A DNA stretch of 32,050 nt, from contig PIYJ01000001.1 of the NCBI GenBank assembly GCA_003601725.1, positions 1 to 32,050 of the forward strand, read 5' to 3'. The stretch's first letter is position 1, and every line of letters starts with the position of its first letter. The notes under the pieces are model-generated. The model saw only the letters and a program-made list of their open reading frames with translations. It did not search any database and was not told the origin of the DNA. This DNA comes from Candidatus Bathyarchaeota archaeon. GTDB lineage: Archaea > Thermoproteota > Bathyarchaeia > Bathyarchaeales > DTEX01. Positions 17,152-25,948 of the stretch are shown piece by piece. A program made the position numbers and the translations under genes.

Positions 17152-17168
17152 TTTACGATTTTCGCAAA
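17152..17168. promoter_or_regulatory. Imperfect palindrome TTTACGATTTTCGCAAA abutting the TATA-like box of the Lrp gene (candidate autoregulatory operator)
   Basis: 15/17 identical to the dapA-promoter palindrome. It is followed 2 nt later by GTTATATC (17171-17178), which lies 23 nt before ATG 17201, consistent with a leaderless or very short leader. Confidence 0.35.
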
Positions 17169-17200
17169 AAGTTATATCTTTCCAGCACTTGGATATTATC

Positions 17201-17593
17201 ATGGATAATATCGATCTTGAAATTTTAAAAATCTTAAAAAGCCATGCCAGAGCGAAATATGTAAACATCGCGAAAAAGATCGGATTAACAGAAGGCGCGG
17301 TTAGAAGAAGAATAAAAAAGCTCCAAAAAGACGGCATAATAAGAAGATTCACAATTGAGACAACAGCGGAATTCGAAGGAGTAGTCCTAGTTGAGACAGA
17401 ACCTACAATGACGAATAATGTAGCGAAAAGAATGAAGAAGATCGCCACGCGAATTTTCGAGGTATCCGGCGACTATGACATCGCCGCCTTCATCCAAGCT
17501 TATACTATTGATGATCTGAATAAGAAGATTGACGCTATAAGGAAACTGCCTGGAGTTTTGAATACAAACACTCTAATTAAACTCAAGGATTAG
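17201..17593 (+). CDS. Lrp/AsnC-family transcriptional regulator
   Basis: MDNIDLEILKILKSHARAKYVNIAKKIGLTEGAVRRRIKKLQKDGII is the HTH, followed by a RAM-type C-domain. Start chosen at ATG 17201 rather than 17126. Confidence 0.9.
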   Translation: MDNIDLEILKILKSHARAKYVNIAKKIGLTEGAVRRRIKKLQKDGIIRRFTIETTAEFEGVVLVETEPTMTNNVAKRMKKIATRIFEVSGDYDIAAFIQAYTIDDLNKKIDAIRKLPGVLNTNTLIKLKD

Positions 17594-18473
17594 CTGCATC
17601 TCCACTGCTGTTACGAATGGTCTTCAGAGCTCTATACATGGCTTCATAGGAATCGGCAAGCCTCTCATGCTCAGATAACGCTGAGTATGCTTCATTAAAG
17701 AATTTGCTGAATTCCTTTTCCTCTCCCTCACGGACATATTGCATCAGCCTATAAGCCTCTGAAAGAAACTTTTCTAGATATTGAATCGTGTATGGATTGC
17801 TCATCTGAATTGATGCGCATAATTTAGGATTCTCCGTCATTATGCTTTCGCTTAATAGTAGCTGCATCGTAAATGTTGTTCCGCCGAGATTCTTAAGTTC
17901 CTCAACGTTTTCCTTGGCAAGCATCGAAGCCAAGACTATATTTATAAAATGAGTTAGAGAAAGCGTCAAAGCCATAGCATGATCGTGCCTTTCAAGATCC
18001 ACAAGAATTATTTCTAAGTTAGGGAACAACTGTTTGGCAAAATCGATCTCAGACGCCGCATCGTGAATTGGCACCAGAGCTATTCTTTCTCCAGATGGGT
18101 CTTCTACTCCGGGACCGAAGAGCGGATGAACAGAGAGGACGCGTCTTCCCATAAGAGCGATCTTTTTCATGATCGGCATTACTGGTGACTTAACTGAAGA
18201 TATCTCCATAACAGCCGCGGATGGATTCAAATCGTCAAGTATTTCTTTTATGACCTTAGGCACGGCGGTAATAGGCGTGCAGACTGCTATTAGATCAGCT
18301 GATCCAGCGGCCTCGGAATTGTTATGGGACAATCTTATTCCCAATGACCTTGCAAAGCGTCTTGCATTTACCTCATCAATATCGGAAATTGTAACGTCAT
18401 GTCTCTGCTGAACAAAGTATCTCGTAAACCATCTTCCCATCTTGCCTGCTCCGCCTATAATTGCCACTTTCAT
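17583..18473 (-). CDS. tyrA: Prephenate dehydrogenase
   Basis: MKVAIIGGAGKMG Rossmann motif, SVHPLFGP and HD..MALTLSLTHF motifs. Its 3' end overlaps the convergent Lrp gene by 11 nt. Confidence 0.85.
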   Translation of the reverse strand: MKVAIIGGAGKMGRWFTRYFVQQRHDVTISDIDEVNARRFARSLGIRLSHNNSEAAGSADLIAVCTPITAVPKVIKEILDDLNPSAAVMEISSVKSPVMPIMKKIALMGRRVLSVHPLFGPGVEDPSGERIALVPIHDAASEIDFAKQLFPNLEIILVDLERHDHAMALTLSLTHFINIVLASMLAKENVEELKNLGGTTFTMQLLLSESIMTENPKLCASIQMSNPYTIQYLEKFLSEAYRLMQYVREGEEKEFSKFFNEAYSALSEHERLADSYEAMYRALKTIRNSSGDAANP

Positions 18474-18476
18474 GTT

Positions 18477-18794
18477 TCAATCCTCCATCTTTGAAAGGTT
18501 CCCTCGAAATCTAGATTTCATTACTTCTTCTTGCACACGTTTAGACTCATCGATCAAAAGATCGAAAAGATCGATGCAAAAATCGTTGTGCATACTATTT
18601 TTTTGGCAAAAATCAAGAACTCGCTGTTTAAGACTTCTCTCGACCTTTGAGTCTTCTATTGGAAGATTCATCCTCAACTTAACTGCCGCTATCTTTCTGG
18701 CCAACTCGATTCTTTTTTTGCATAAATCCAGTATCTCAAAAGTGACCGTGGCAATCTCGTTTCGTAGTTTTTCAAGATCCGACTTTTCGGTCAA
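18477..18794 (-). CDS. Chorismate mutase (AroQ type)
   Basis: LEKLRNEI...ILDLCKKRIELARKIAAVK...PIEDSKVERSL matches the AroQ helical pattern. TTG start preceded by GGAGGAG. It ends 3 nt before the tyrA start. Confidence 0.8.
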   Translation of the reverse strand: MTEKSDLEKLRNEIATVTFEILDLCKKRIELARKIAAVKLRMNLPIEDSKVERSLKQRVLDFCQKNSMHNDFCIDLFDLLIDESKRVQEEVMKSRFRGNLSKMED

Positions 18795-18868
18795 AACGGC
18801 TCCTCCAGAAAAATTAGGACGCTTTCACGAAAGAACATTTAATCGCTCTAAACATATAAGGGTAAGCT

Positions 18869-19534
18869 CTATCCGCTTCTCTTTATGATTCTGAGAATCT
18901 CCTTTATGTTTTTAATCTTTGAGACCTCTGACTTCCATATGTGTGAATTGCCGTCTTGCCTAAATAAGACGAATTTTAATCCAGATCTCTTCGCGCATTC
19001 CGCATCGGACCAATGATCACCAATAAAGAGTGCTTCTTCAGCGGATACATTCAAAAGCTTCAGCAATTCAATCGCATGCGAAGGGTCAGGCTTTGGATTT
19101 TTAATATCATCCCTAGCGAGAACAACATCAAAGTATTTCCGAAGATCGAATCTTCTCAGAATCTTCTCAGCGTATTTTCGGCAGCTCCTCGTCATAAGTC
19201 CAAGTTTCAGCCCCTGATCTTTCAAGGCTTTAAGGGTTTCCGGCACCCCTGGAATTAGGGATGCCTCGTCGGAAGATTCAAGCTCAACCTCATTCATCAA
19301 ATTGGATACTTCATCAAGTGCTTTCTTAATGTATTTCTCTGAGAATCCTTTGCTTTTTAGGTCCTTTACAGCTTTATGTGTTATTTCAAAATTCATCATC
19401 TCTTCGTTTAAAAGATCGGGTGTCACGCCTATTCTTTCAAGATACTTAATGATCCGCGACTTCATCTTCTTGAATGGAATTGCGGAGTTAATCAGGGTGC
19501 CGTCGAGATCGAAGATGACTGCTTTCAGAGCCAA
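18869..19534 (-). CDS. HAD-superfamily hydrolase (phosphatase, subfamily IA-like)
   Basis: Motif I is VIFDLDGTL and motif IV is FIGDHWSD. TTG start preceded by GGTGAGAG. Confidence 0.85.
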   Translation of the reverse strand: MALKAVIFDLDGTLINSAIPFKKMKSRIIKYLERIGVTPDLLNEEMMNFEITHKAVKDLKSKGFSEKYIKKALDEVSNLMNEVELESSDEASLIPGVPETLKALKDQGLKLGLMTRSCRKYAEKILRRFDLRKYFDVVLARDDIKNPKPDPSHAIELLKLLNVSAEEALFIGDHWSDAECAKRSGLKFVLFRQDGNSHIWKSEVSKIKNIKEILRIIKRSG

Positions 19535-19603
19535 TCAGTCTCTCACCATCGCTGTTAAGGATAATCCGAAAAATAAAAAGGTGGATTCGTTATGTTTTAC
19601 CCA

Positions 19604-19623
19604 TTCGATATCGAATTTCGAAA
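19604..19623. promoter_or_regulatory. Adjacent perfect palindromes TTCGATATCGAA and TTTCGAAA upstream of the HAD gene
   Basis: Read directly from the sequence. It contains CGAATTTCG, the same 9-mer core as the dapA palindrome. It is followed by CAAAAAGTTATAT (19626-19638), identical to 17165-17177 at the Lrp promoter. Confidence 0.35.
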
Positions 19624-19632
19624 GTCAAAAAG

Positions 19633-20865
19633 TTATATTCCGTAATATTTGTTAATTTCTTCTTCGTAGCTTGCAATTTTTCCCGATTCTACGTCATCAA
19701 CCTTGACTGCTTTTTTCATCAAAGAGGATTCGATTAACGCGAAGGATGCAGCTAAATCTCGTAGTCCTTCTCGACCGCTGGTCTCCATCTCCCGTTTCTC
19801 TCGGATGGCTCTCAAAAACTCTAATGTCTCAAGAGCCATGGGGTCTCTTATCCCATAAGGGAAGAATTTTTCTTTGATTTCGCTGCTTGCCTTTTTCTCG
19901 AAAAGTTCTTTGATATCGAGTTTTTCTCCATTGTCCAGTATCAGCATATCCGCCTTAATGCATCCTTTGGTTCCGTAAATCGTCCGGGGGATGAATATTT
20001 CCTCTCCATGCCCCGCCCAAGAGAAGAACCATTGTCCTATGACGCTTGTTCTAAATTTGAAGAGTCCTAGAAAGGTATCATCAACATTAGGCTTTACAGA
20101 CTCAACTATGTTTCCCTCATCATCTTTACGGAACCTTTCCTTCTCAAGCGTTTCAACGATGCTTGAAACTTCATCGATTTCGCCGCAGAGATATCGCAAT
20201 GTATGGAACAGATGAACCCCCATGTCTATCGTTGCCCCTCCCCCCGCAAAGAGCTTCTTATGCCGCCACGCCGTTTCAGCAACAATCTTATCAGGAGACC
20301 AATAGCCGCCCATGAAGCCTCCCAGAACAGCTTGCACCTTTCCGATGTATCCCTGATCGATCACCCATTTAGTCATCCGGGTGCCAGAAGAGTATCTGGC
20401 ATTCTCCGCGACGCCTATTATCACTCCGGAGTTCTCCGCCTCTTGAACCATCTTGCGAGCGGCCTTCACTGTTAAAGCCATCGGCTTCTCAACCAAGACG
20501 TGCTTTCCCGACTCGATACATGCAAGGGCGATTTCATGATGGGAAAAGACAGATGTGTAAATCTCCACGGCGTCTATATCTGATTTTTTCAGCATCTCCT
20601 TGTAATCTGCATAGACTTCTACTTCAGTGTCCTTTTGAAAGTCGTAAACGTAGATGTGCGGCTTAGCTAAGGGATCTCCCGGGGGACCGACTGGTTTTCT
20701 CGGCGGCACTCCGTCCTCTCGGCTTCTAAATCTTTTTGCGTCTTCAATCTTCCTTGCGCATAATGCTTTAATTCTTACATCCACATTTTTTTCTAAAAGT
20801 TCCCTATAGCCATGCAGATGCGCTGGCATTATACGGCCGCAACCGACTAAGCCTACCTTCAACAT
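19633..20865 (-). CDS. Gfo/Idh/MocA-family NAD(P)-dependent oxidoreductase
   Basis: N-terminal Rossmann motif MLKVGLVGCGRI and the family EKP motif (HVLVEKPMA). Confidence 0.85.
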   Translation of the reverse strand: MLKVGLVGCGRIMPAHLHGYRELLEKNVDVRIKALCARKIEDAKRFRSREDGVPPRKPVGPPGDPLAKPHIYVYDFQKDTEVEVYADYKEMLKKSDIDAVEIYTSVFSHHEIALACIESGKHVLVEKPMALTVKAARKMVQEAENSGVIIGVAENARYSSGTRMTKWVIDQGYIGKVQAVLGGFMGGYWSPDKIVAETAWRHKKLFAGGGATIDMGVHLFHTLRYLCGEIDEVSSIVETLEKERFRKDDEGNIVESVKPNVDDTFLGLFKFRTSVIGQWFFSWAGHGEEIFIPRTIYGTKGCIKADMLILDNGEKLDIKELFEKKASSEIKEKFFPYGIRDPMALETLEFLRAIREKREMETSGREGLRDLAASFALIESSLMKKAVKVDDVESGKIASYEEEINKYYGI

Positions 20866-21112
20866 TTTATCTTCATCCTTTTGGATTGTTTAAGAAAAGA
20901 GGCCGTCTAAACTTTTAAACTGTTTTAGAATTACTTCATCCCTTGTCTTATATATCTTTTATCCAGCATTTTTGAAAGCCACAAACTTTAATCATAAAAG
21001 AAAGAACGTTAAAGATTTAACAGATCAATAGAATATGGCGATGCTTTAGTAGCAAAAATTCTGGTCGTAATTAAAAAGGAAATTACTTATAAAAGAAAAG
21101 TTAAATGTTGAA

Positions 21113-22222
21113 ATGTTTCGTTATCAGGGAATGATTATGTCAAAACTGCAAATAATATTAGAACACATAAAAAAGGAATTCAAAAAAGGAAATCTAAATC
21201 TAGGAAAAATTCTTAGAAGCGACTTTGGCATAGATATTTCAGCCTCATATCTGAATTTGAATTTGAGAAATCCGATACTTATTGCACCTGGCCCGCTCTC
21301 GCAGACCATTTCGCAAATAAAGAGGGCTGCAAAGTCCGGTTACGGCGGCATGGTTCTTAAATCCGTTGTCGGAGAAGATAAAGACGGCAATGCCTCAATG
21401 AAGGCTTTGAGGAAAAGATCAACATTCGCAAGATGGGTTTATGATGATGAGGGAAACCCGATTTTTCACTGGAATGGAGGACTTGACCTGAGAAGCCTTG
21501 AAGATTATTTATCCTTTGCAAGGAAAGCATTTAAGATTGGAAAGAAAGAGAATTTTCCGCTCATCGAATCTTTTCTTTGTCACTTGCCTAAAGACGTCAA
21601 TGAAGAATGGAGAATTGAGGAATGGGAATACACAACTAAAAAGCTGGTTGAAGCCGCCCACGTGTTATACGGTGACTCTCCAGTCATTCTAGAGATTGAT
21701 TTCTGCCCCTTTCTCAAAAGGGAGAAACTAGCAGTAGAAAAAGCGGCAGTTTTGAGATGGTATAGAGAGATACCGAGGCTCATAAAGGAAGTCTCTTCAA
21801 ATGTACATATTGTTCCTAAACTGCTTAACCTAGATTTCGGCTTGGACTTCCAGATAGAAATGGCTAAAGCAGCGAAAGAGGGAAACGCGGATGGAGTAGT
21901 TATAGCCAACAGATTCTTCAGAAGATATGTTTCCAAAGATACAGGTGAAGCATACTTCACCGCGCATGGAGGAAGAGAGCTACGAGTTCTGAATCAAAAA
22001 CAAATACAAGAAGTAAGAAAAATCTTAGACATACCAATAAGTGCAACTGGAGGAACATATTCAGGCAGACACGTAGCTGAGTACCTTAAGATAGGCGCGC
22101 AAAACGTTCAAGTTTTAACTTACGTAATGAAAAAAGGATTTGAAAGAGCCTTTGAAGATCTCATGTTTAACACAAAAGACGGATTCGTGACTTTAATTCT
22201 CAAAGAAAAAATTAATAATTAA
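21113..22222 (+). CDS. Divergent DHOD/DPD-family TIM-barrel flavoprotein-like protein
   Basis: Retains the order of DHOD landmarks in altered form: LRNPILIAPGP, GYGGMVLKSVV, EIDFCPF, VPKL, ADGVVIANR, ISATGGTYSG, GAQNVQV. The start is ambiguous (ATG 21113, 21131 or 21137). Confidence 0.55.
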   Translation: MFRYQGMIMSKLQIILEHIKKEFKKGNLNLGKILRSDFGIDISASYLNLNLRNPILIAPGPLSQTISQIKRAAKSGYGGMVLKSVVGEDKDGNASMKALRKRSTFARWVYDDEGNPIFHWNGGLDLRSLEDYLSFARKAFKIGKKENFPLIESFLCHLPKDVNEEWRIEEWEYTTKKLVEAAHVLYGDSPVILEIDFCPFLKREKLAVEKAAVLRWYREIPRLIKEVSSNVHIVPKLLNLDFGLDFQIEMAKAAKEGNADGVVIANRFFRRYVSKDTGEAYFTAHGGRELRVLNQKQIQEVRKILDIPISATGGTYSGRHVAEYLKIGAQNVQVLTYVMKKGFERAFEDLMFNTKDGFVTLILKEKINN

Positions 22223-22251
22223 TAGATCCAGCCGTTTTCTGTTCGAATAAA

Positions 22252-23334
22252 TTACGAGGACATCGAACGCGCCCAAATTCTACAGGTTCCTTCGCTGCTT
22301 ACCATACATGCTCCGACAGGTTTTCTCGGAGTACAAGCCTTCATGAATAATGGGCATTCTGTCGGTTTAATTTTACCGATGATGACAAGGTGACATCTGC
22401 AGCCGGGTCTTAAGTCAACTCCTCCTTCTATTTTCAAGTCGTATTTAAGATGAGCATCGAAGATTGAGTATTTCTCTTTGAGGATAAATTTAGAAGATTC
22501 AATTGATCCTAGCCCCCTCCACCGCCCATCAACCACATCGAAAACTCTATGCATAACCCTCTGAGCCTTCACGTTTCCCTCCCATCGAACAGCACGCGTA
22601 TATTCGTTTTCAAGCCTGGCCTTGCCTTCTGAAATCTGTTTCAGAATCATATAAACAGCGAAGAGAACATCAAGAGGCTCAAATCCAGCCACCACCGTGG
22701 GCATGTGATATTCGCTGGGAAAAATCTCATAAGGCTTAAGCCCAATTATGGTGCTCACATGACCCGGCGCTATGAATCCATTCAAGTTCAGCTCCTCCAT
22801 CTCGACGAGAAGCTTCATAGCTGGAGGTATGAGGCGATGGGAGATTAGGAAGCTCAGATTCTTAGGGGGATTCATTAAGACCTCAACCGCGGTTGATGGC
22901 GCCGTAGTCTCAAATCCAACAGCAAAGAATACGTAGTCCTTTTCGGGTTCCTTCTTAGCTAGTCTCACCGCGTCGCTGACGCTGTAGACCACTTTTACGT
23001 CTGCACCTTCAGCCTTCGCGTCGAGAAGAGACCGGGTGGATCCGGGTACACGGAAAACGTCCCCAAAGCAGGTGATAGTAACTCCATTCAACGTGAGCTC
23101 TATAGCTTCATCGATCTCAGATGCTGGAACGATGCATACGGGGCATCCTGGACCTGCAATGACCTCAACGTTCTCTGGGAGTAGCTCACGCAGTCCATAA
23201 TGTGTAATCGTCCATTCATGTGTTCCGCAGACGTGGCAGATCTTTATTGTTTCTTTTTTCTGAGCGAGCCGAGCTATTTTACTTCTTAAGCGTTCAGCAA
23301 GTTTCGGGTCTCTAAATCTCAGATCTGCCGTCAT
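22252..23334 (-). CDS. hypD: [NiFe]-hydrogenase maturation protein HypD
   Basis: CHVCGTHEW, GPGCPVC and GFETT motifs, plus a C-terminal Cys cluster. Confidence 0.95.
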   Translation of the reverse strand: MTADLRFRDPKLAERLRSKIARLAQKKETIKICHVCGTHEWTITHYGLRELLPENVEVIAGPGCPVCIVPASEIDEAIELTLNGVTITCFGDVFRVPGSTRSLLDAKAEGADVKVVYSVSDAVRLAKKEPEKDYVFFAVGFETTAPSTAVEVLMNPPKNLSFLISHRLIPPAMKLLVEMEELNLNGFIAPGHVSTIIGLKPYEIFPSEYHMPTVVAGFEPLDVLFAVYMILKQISEGKARLENEYTRAVRWEGNVKAQRVMHRVFDVVDGRWRGLGSIESSKFILKEKYSIFDAHLKYDLKIEGGVDLRPGCRCHLVIIGKIKPTECPLFMKACTPRKPVGACMVSSEGTCRIWARSMSS

Positions 23335-23365
23335 ATCCGTCAGCTACCATAAAATTTCAAGTGAG

Positions 23366-23590
23366 TCATGGGAGTTCTTCTTCAAGAATCTTGTTCCAGA
23401 GGCGTAGTGTCTCCTTTGCCTCCTTTTCATCTATGACTTGAATTGCGTAACCCGCGTGAACCAGAACGTAATCTCCAACTTTAACATCAACAAGCATAAT
23501 GTTGACTTCTCGGGAAACACCTCTGCCGAAATCCACCTCGGCGATTCCATCCTTCACTCTTAGGACTTTTGCAGGGATTGCTAGGCACAT
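23366..23590 (-). CDS. hypC: [NiFe]-hydrogenase maturation chaperone HypC
   Basis: MCLAIPAKV... HypC needs Cys at position 2, so the ATG at 23590 is preferred over the ORF-track start at 23599. Confidence 0.9.
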   Translation of the reverse strand: MCLAIPAKVLRVKDGIAEVDFGRGVSREVNIMLVDVKVGDYVLVHAGYAIQVIDEKEAKETLRLWNKILEEELP

Positions 23591-23643
23591 AGTTATCAAC
23601 TTTGGGATATTACAGTCCCTTCTTTCGGATAAATTTATTGTGG

Positions 23644-25938
23644 TTATCGATAATGGAACCCCGCTACAACTGCCTGACCGAATGATAAGCCTCCATCGCC
23701 GGGTGGGACAGCTTCGTGCACAAAGAATTTTAAGCCAGAAGACTCAACGAATTTTCGGATCTCTGAGGTCATAATTTCATTATACGCGACTCCTCCGGAG
23801 AATCCAACGGCTTTAACATCTTTTTCCTTAGCTTTCTCCACGGCAAGCATGGCTAAGCCCTTCGCTAAGTAAACATGCGCGGAGAATGCTAGGTTCTCCT
23901 TTGAAACTTTATCTTTATTCTTGAAGATCTCTACGATTAGATGCGTAGTATCTAGGATGTCTCCTCTTAATATCGGATTCAATTTCAATGCGTCTTTGCC
24001 TCGAATGGCTAATGATTCAAGCTTCATCGCGGGCTCCCCCTCATAGGTCCGCTCATAGCATACATCCAGAATCGCGGCAACGGCGTCTAAAATTCTTCCG
24101 CAGCTCGATGTCTCAACAACGTTTCTGCCAGTTTCAAGCTGCTTAAGAATCACCTCGATCTCCATTTCGCCATGCGTAAGATTCTTTTTATGCTGCATTA
24201 ACCATTCCATTACATCTACCTTTTCATATAATATGCCTGCTGCAACTCTTAGCGGAAAACGCGTGGCTAAGTCTCCTCCGACTAGAGGTTGTTCTTGAAG
24301 ATGCCCTAATCTTTTGAATCTATGTGATTCCCGTGTGCAAAACAAAATTTCGCCGCCCCATGCTTCTCCGTTGAGACCGTAGCCGTAACCATCGCAGCAT
24401 ATACCGATCATCTCATCGATGTCATGTTCAGCCATTAGGCTTGCTATATGCGCATAGTGATGTTGCACTTGAATCATTTGATATCCGTTCTCATCTGCGA
24501 TTCGCTTGGCGAGATTAGTAGTCGTAAATTTTGGATGAAGATCACATGCGACTGCTTCAATTTTGCTGTTTGTGAGGCGTATTAGATGCTGGCTTGCTTC
24601 TTCTAAGAAATCTCGAGTCTCTATATTTTCTACATCGCCAATATGTTGAGATATGAAAGCTTTATCTCGTAGAAGAACGCATGCTGTATTGTTCAATTCT
24701 CCGCCTAAGCCTAAAACGCATCTTTTACTATTTCTCTTCAGGATTACAGGGGCAGGCGCATAACCTCGGGAACGTCTTATGAAGACTTGCTTCTCGCCGT
24801 GAACTCGAATGACAGAATCATCGCATCTGTGGGCTATTTGCCTGTTATGGAAAAGGAAGTAATCTACAATTCCATCTAATCTTTTCAATGCTTCATCATC
24901 CTCCTTTATTATCGGTTGATTCGGAGGATTCGCACTTGTCATAACGAAAGCTGGATCTTCAACTTCGTCGAAAAGCATATAATGCAAGCCTGTGTAAGGC
25001 AGCATAACTCCGACGTTATGAAGCCCCGGAGCGATCAAATCAGATAAATAATATTCATCTTTTTTCCTCAAGAGAACAATCGGCCTAGTATAAGAAAAGA
25101 GAAGCGCCTTCTCCGTTGGATTTATTTCTGCAAATGTTTCTATCGCCTCGATGCTTGGAGCCATTATTGCGAAGGGTTTCTGTTTTCGATGTTTTGCTTT
25201 TCTAAGCCTAATAAGAGGCTTCTCGATTAACGTTGAAGCAGCAACATGGAATCCTCCATAGCCTTTAATCGTAACTATGAATCCTTCTGAGAGAAGTCTT
25301 CCCGCTTCTCTGACTGGGTCTTTATGTTCAACGAGTTCGCCATCTCGATCGGTAAGGTAGACTTTAGGTCCACATTTTGGACATGCAACGGTTTGAGCAT
25401 GAAATCGTCTGTTCAGTGGATCAGAATATTCATCGTGGCAGAAACTGCACATCGGGAAGTCACGCATAGTTGTGTTCTCTCGGTCGTAGGGAAGCTTCTC
25501 AATTATGGTATATCGAGGCCCGCAGTTAGTGCATGTTATGAAGAAGTAGTCATATCTTGGGTCTTTCGGGTCTCTGAGTTCTTTTAGGCATTCCTCGCAT
25601 ATGGATATATCCGGCGGGATGACGGAGCCTGAAAGTTCAGATTTATAGGAGCTTTTGTAAATTTCAAATCTGTCATAGCAAGGCTCTCCTTTCAGCTGCT
25701 CTGTGATTACTTCATATATTCGGGCTAATGGCGGTTTCTTTGCTCTAAGATCATTCATGAACCTTTTGATGTCGTCTTCCCGTCCCTCTATGAGGATTTC
25801 TACGCCGGCGTCTCCTCGATTTCGAACATATCCAGCTAACTGGTTTTTAACGGCAATTCGGTAAATGAACGGACGGAAGCCTACTCCTTGAACTATACCT
25901 CTTACCCTTATTTTCAGACGCAAATCTGCACCTTCCAT
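23644..25938 (-). CDS. hypF: Carbamoyltransferase HypF
   Basis: Acylphosphatase-like N-terminus (VRGIVQGVGFRPF), two CxxC...CxxC zinc-finger pairs, and YrdC-like plus Kae1-like domains. ATG 25938 is preferred; TTG 25944 is possible. Confidence 0.95.
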   Translation of the reverse strand: MEGADLRLKIRVRGIVQGVGFRPFIYRIAVKNQLAGYVRNRGDAGVEILIEGREDDIKRFMNDLRAKKPPLARIYEVITEQLKGEPCYDRFEIYKSSYKSELSGSVIPPDISICEECLKELRDPKDPRYDYFFITCTNCGPRYTIIEKLPYDRENTTMRDFPMCSFCHDEYSDPLNRRFHAQTVACPKCGPKVYLTDRDGELVEHKDPVREAGRLLSEGFIVTIKGYGGFHVAASTLIEKPLIRLRKAKHRKQKPFAIMAPSIEAIETFAEINPTEKALLFSYTRPIVLLRKKDEYYLSDLIAPGLHNVGVMLPYTGLHYMLFDEVEDPAFVMTSANPPNQPIIKEDDEALKRLDGIVDYFLFHNRQIAHRCDDSVIRVHGEKQVFIRRSRGYAPAPVILKRNSKRCVLGLGGELNNTACVLLRDKAFISQHIGDVENIETRDFLEEASQHLIRLTNSKIEAVACDLHPKFTTTNLAKRIADENGYQMIQVQHHYAHIASLMAEHDIDEMIGICCDGYGYGLNGEAWGGEILFCTRESHRFKRLGHLQEQPLVGGDLATRFPLRVAAGILYEKVDVMEWLMQHKKNLTHGEMEIEVILKQLETGRNVVETSSCGRILDAVAAILDVCYERTYEGEPAMKLESLAIRGKDALKLNPILRGDILDTTHLIVEIFKNKDKVSKENLAFSAHVYLAKGLAMLAVEKAKEKDVKAVGFSGGVAYNEIMTSEIRKFVESSGLKFFVHEAVPPGDGGLSFGQAVVAGFHYR

Positions 25939-25948
25939 AGACAATAGG

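Noticed and set aside
17113-17448. 111-aa minus-strand ORF (hydrophobic)
   Set aside because: It is antisense to the well-supported Lrp/AsnC gene, so it is a shadow ORF.
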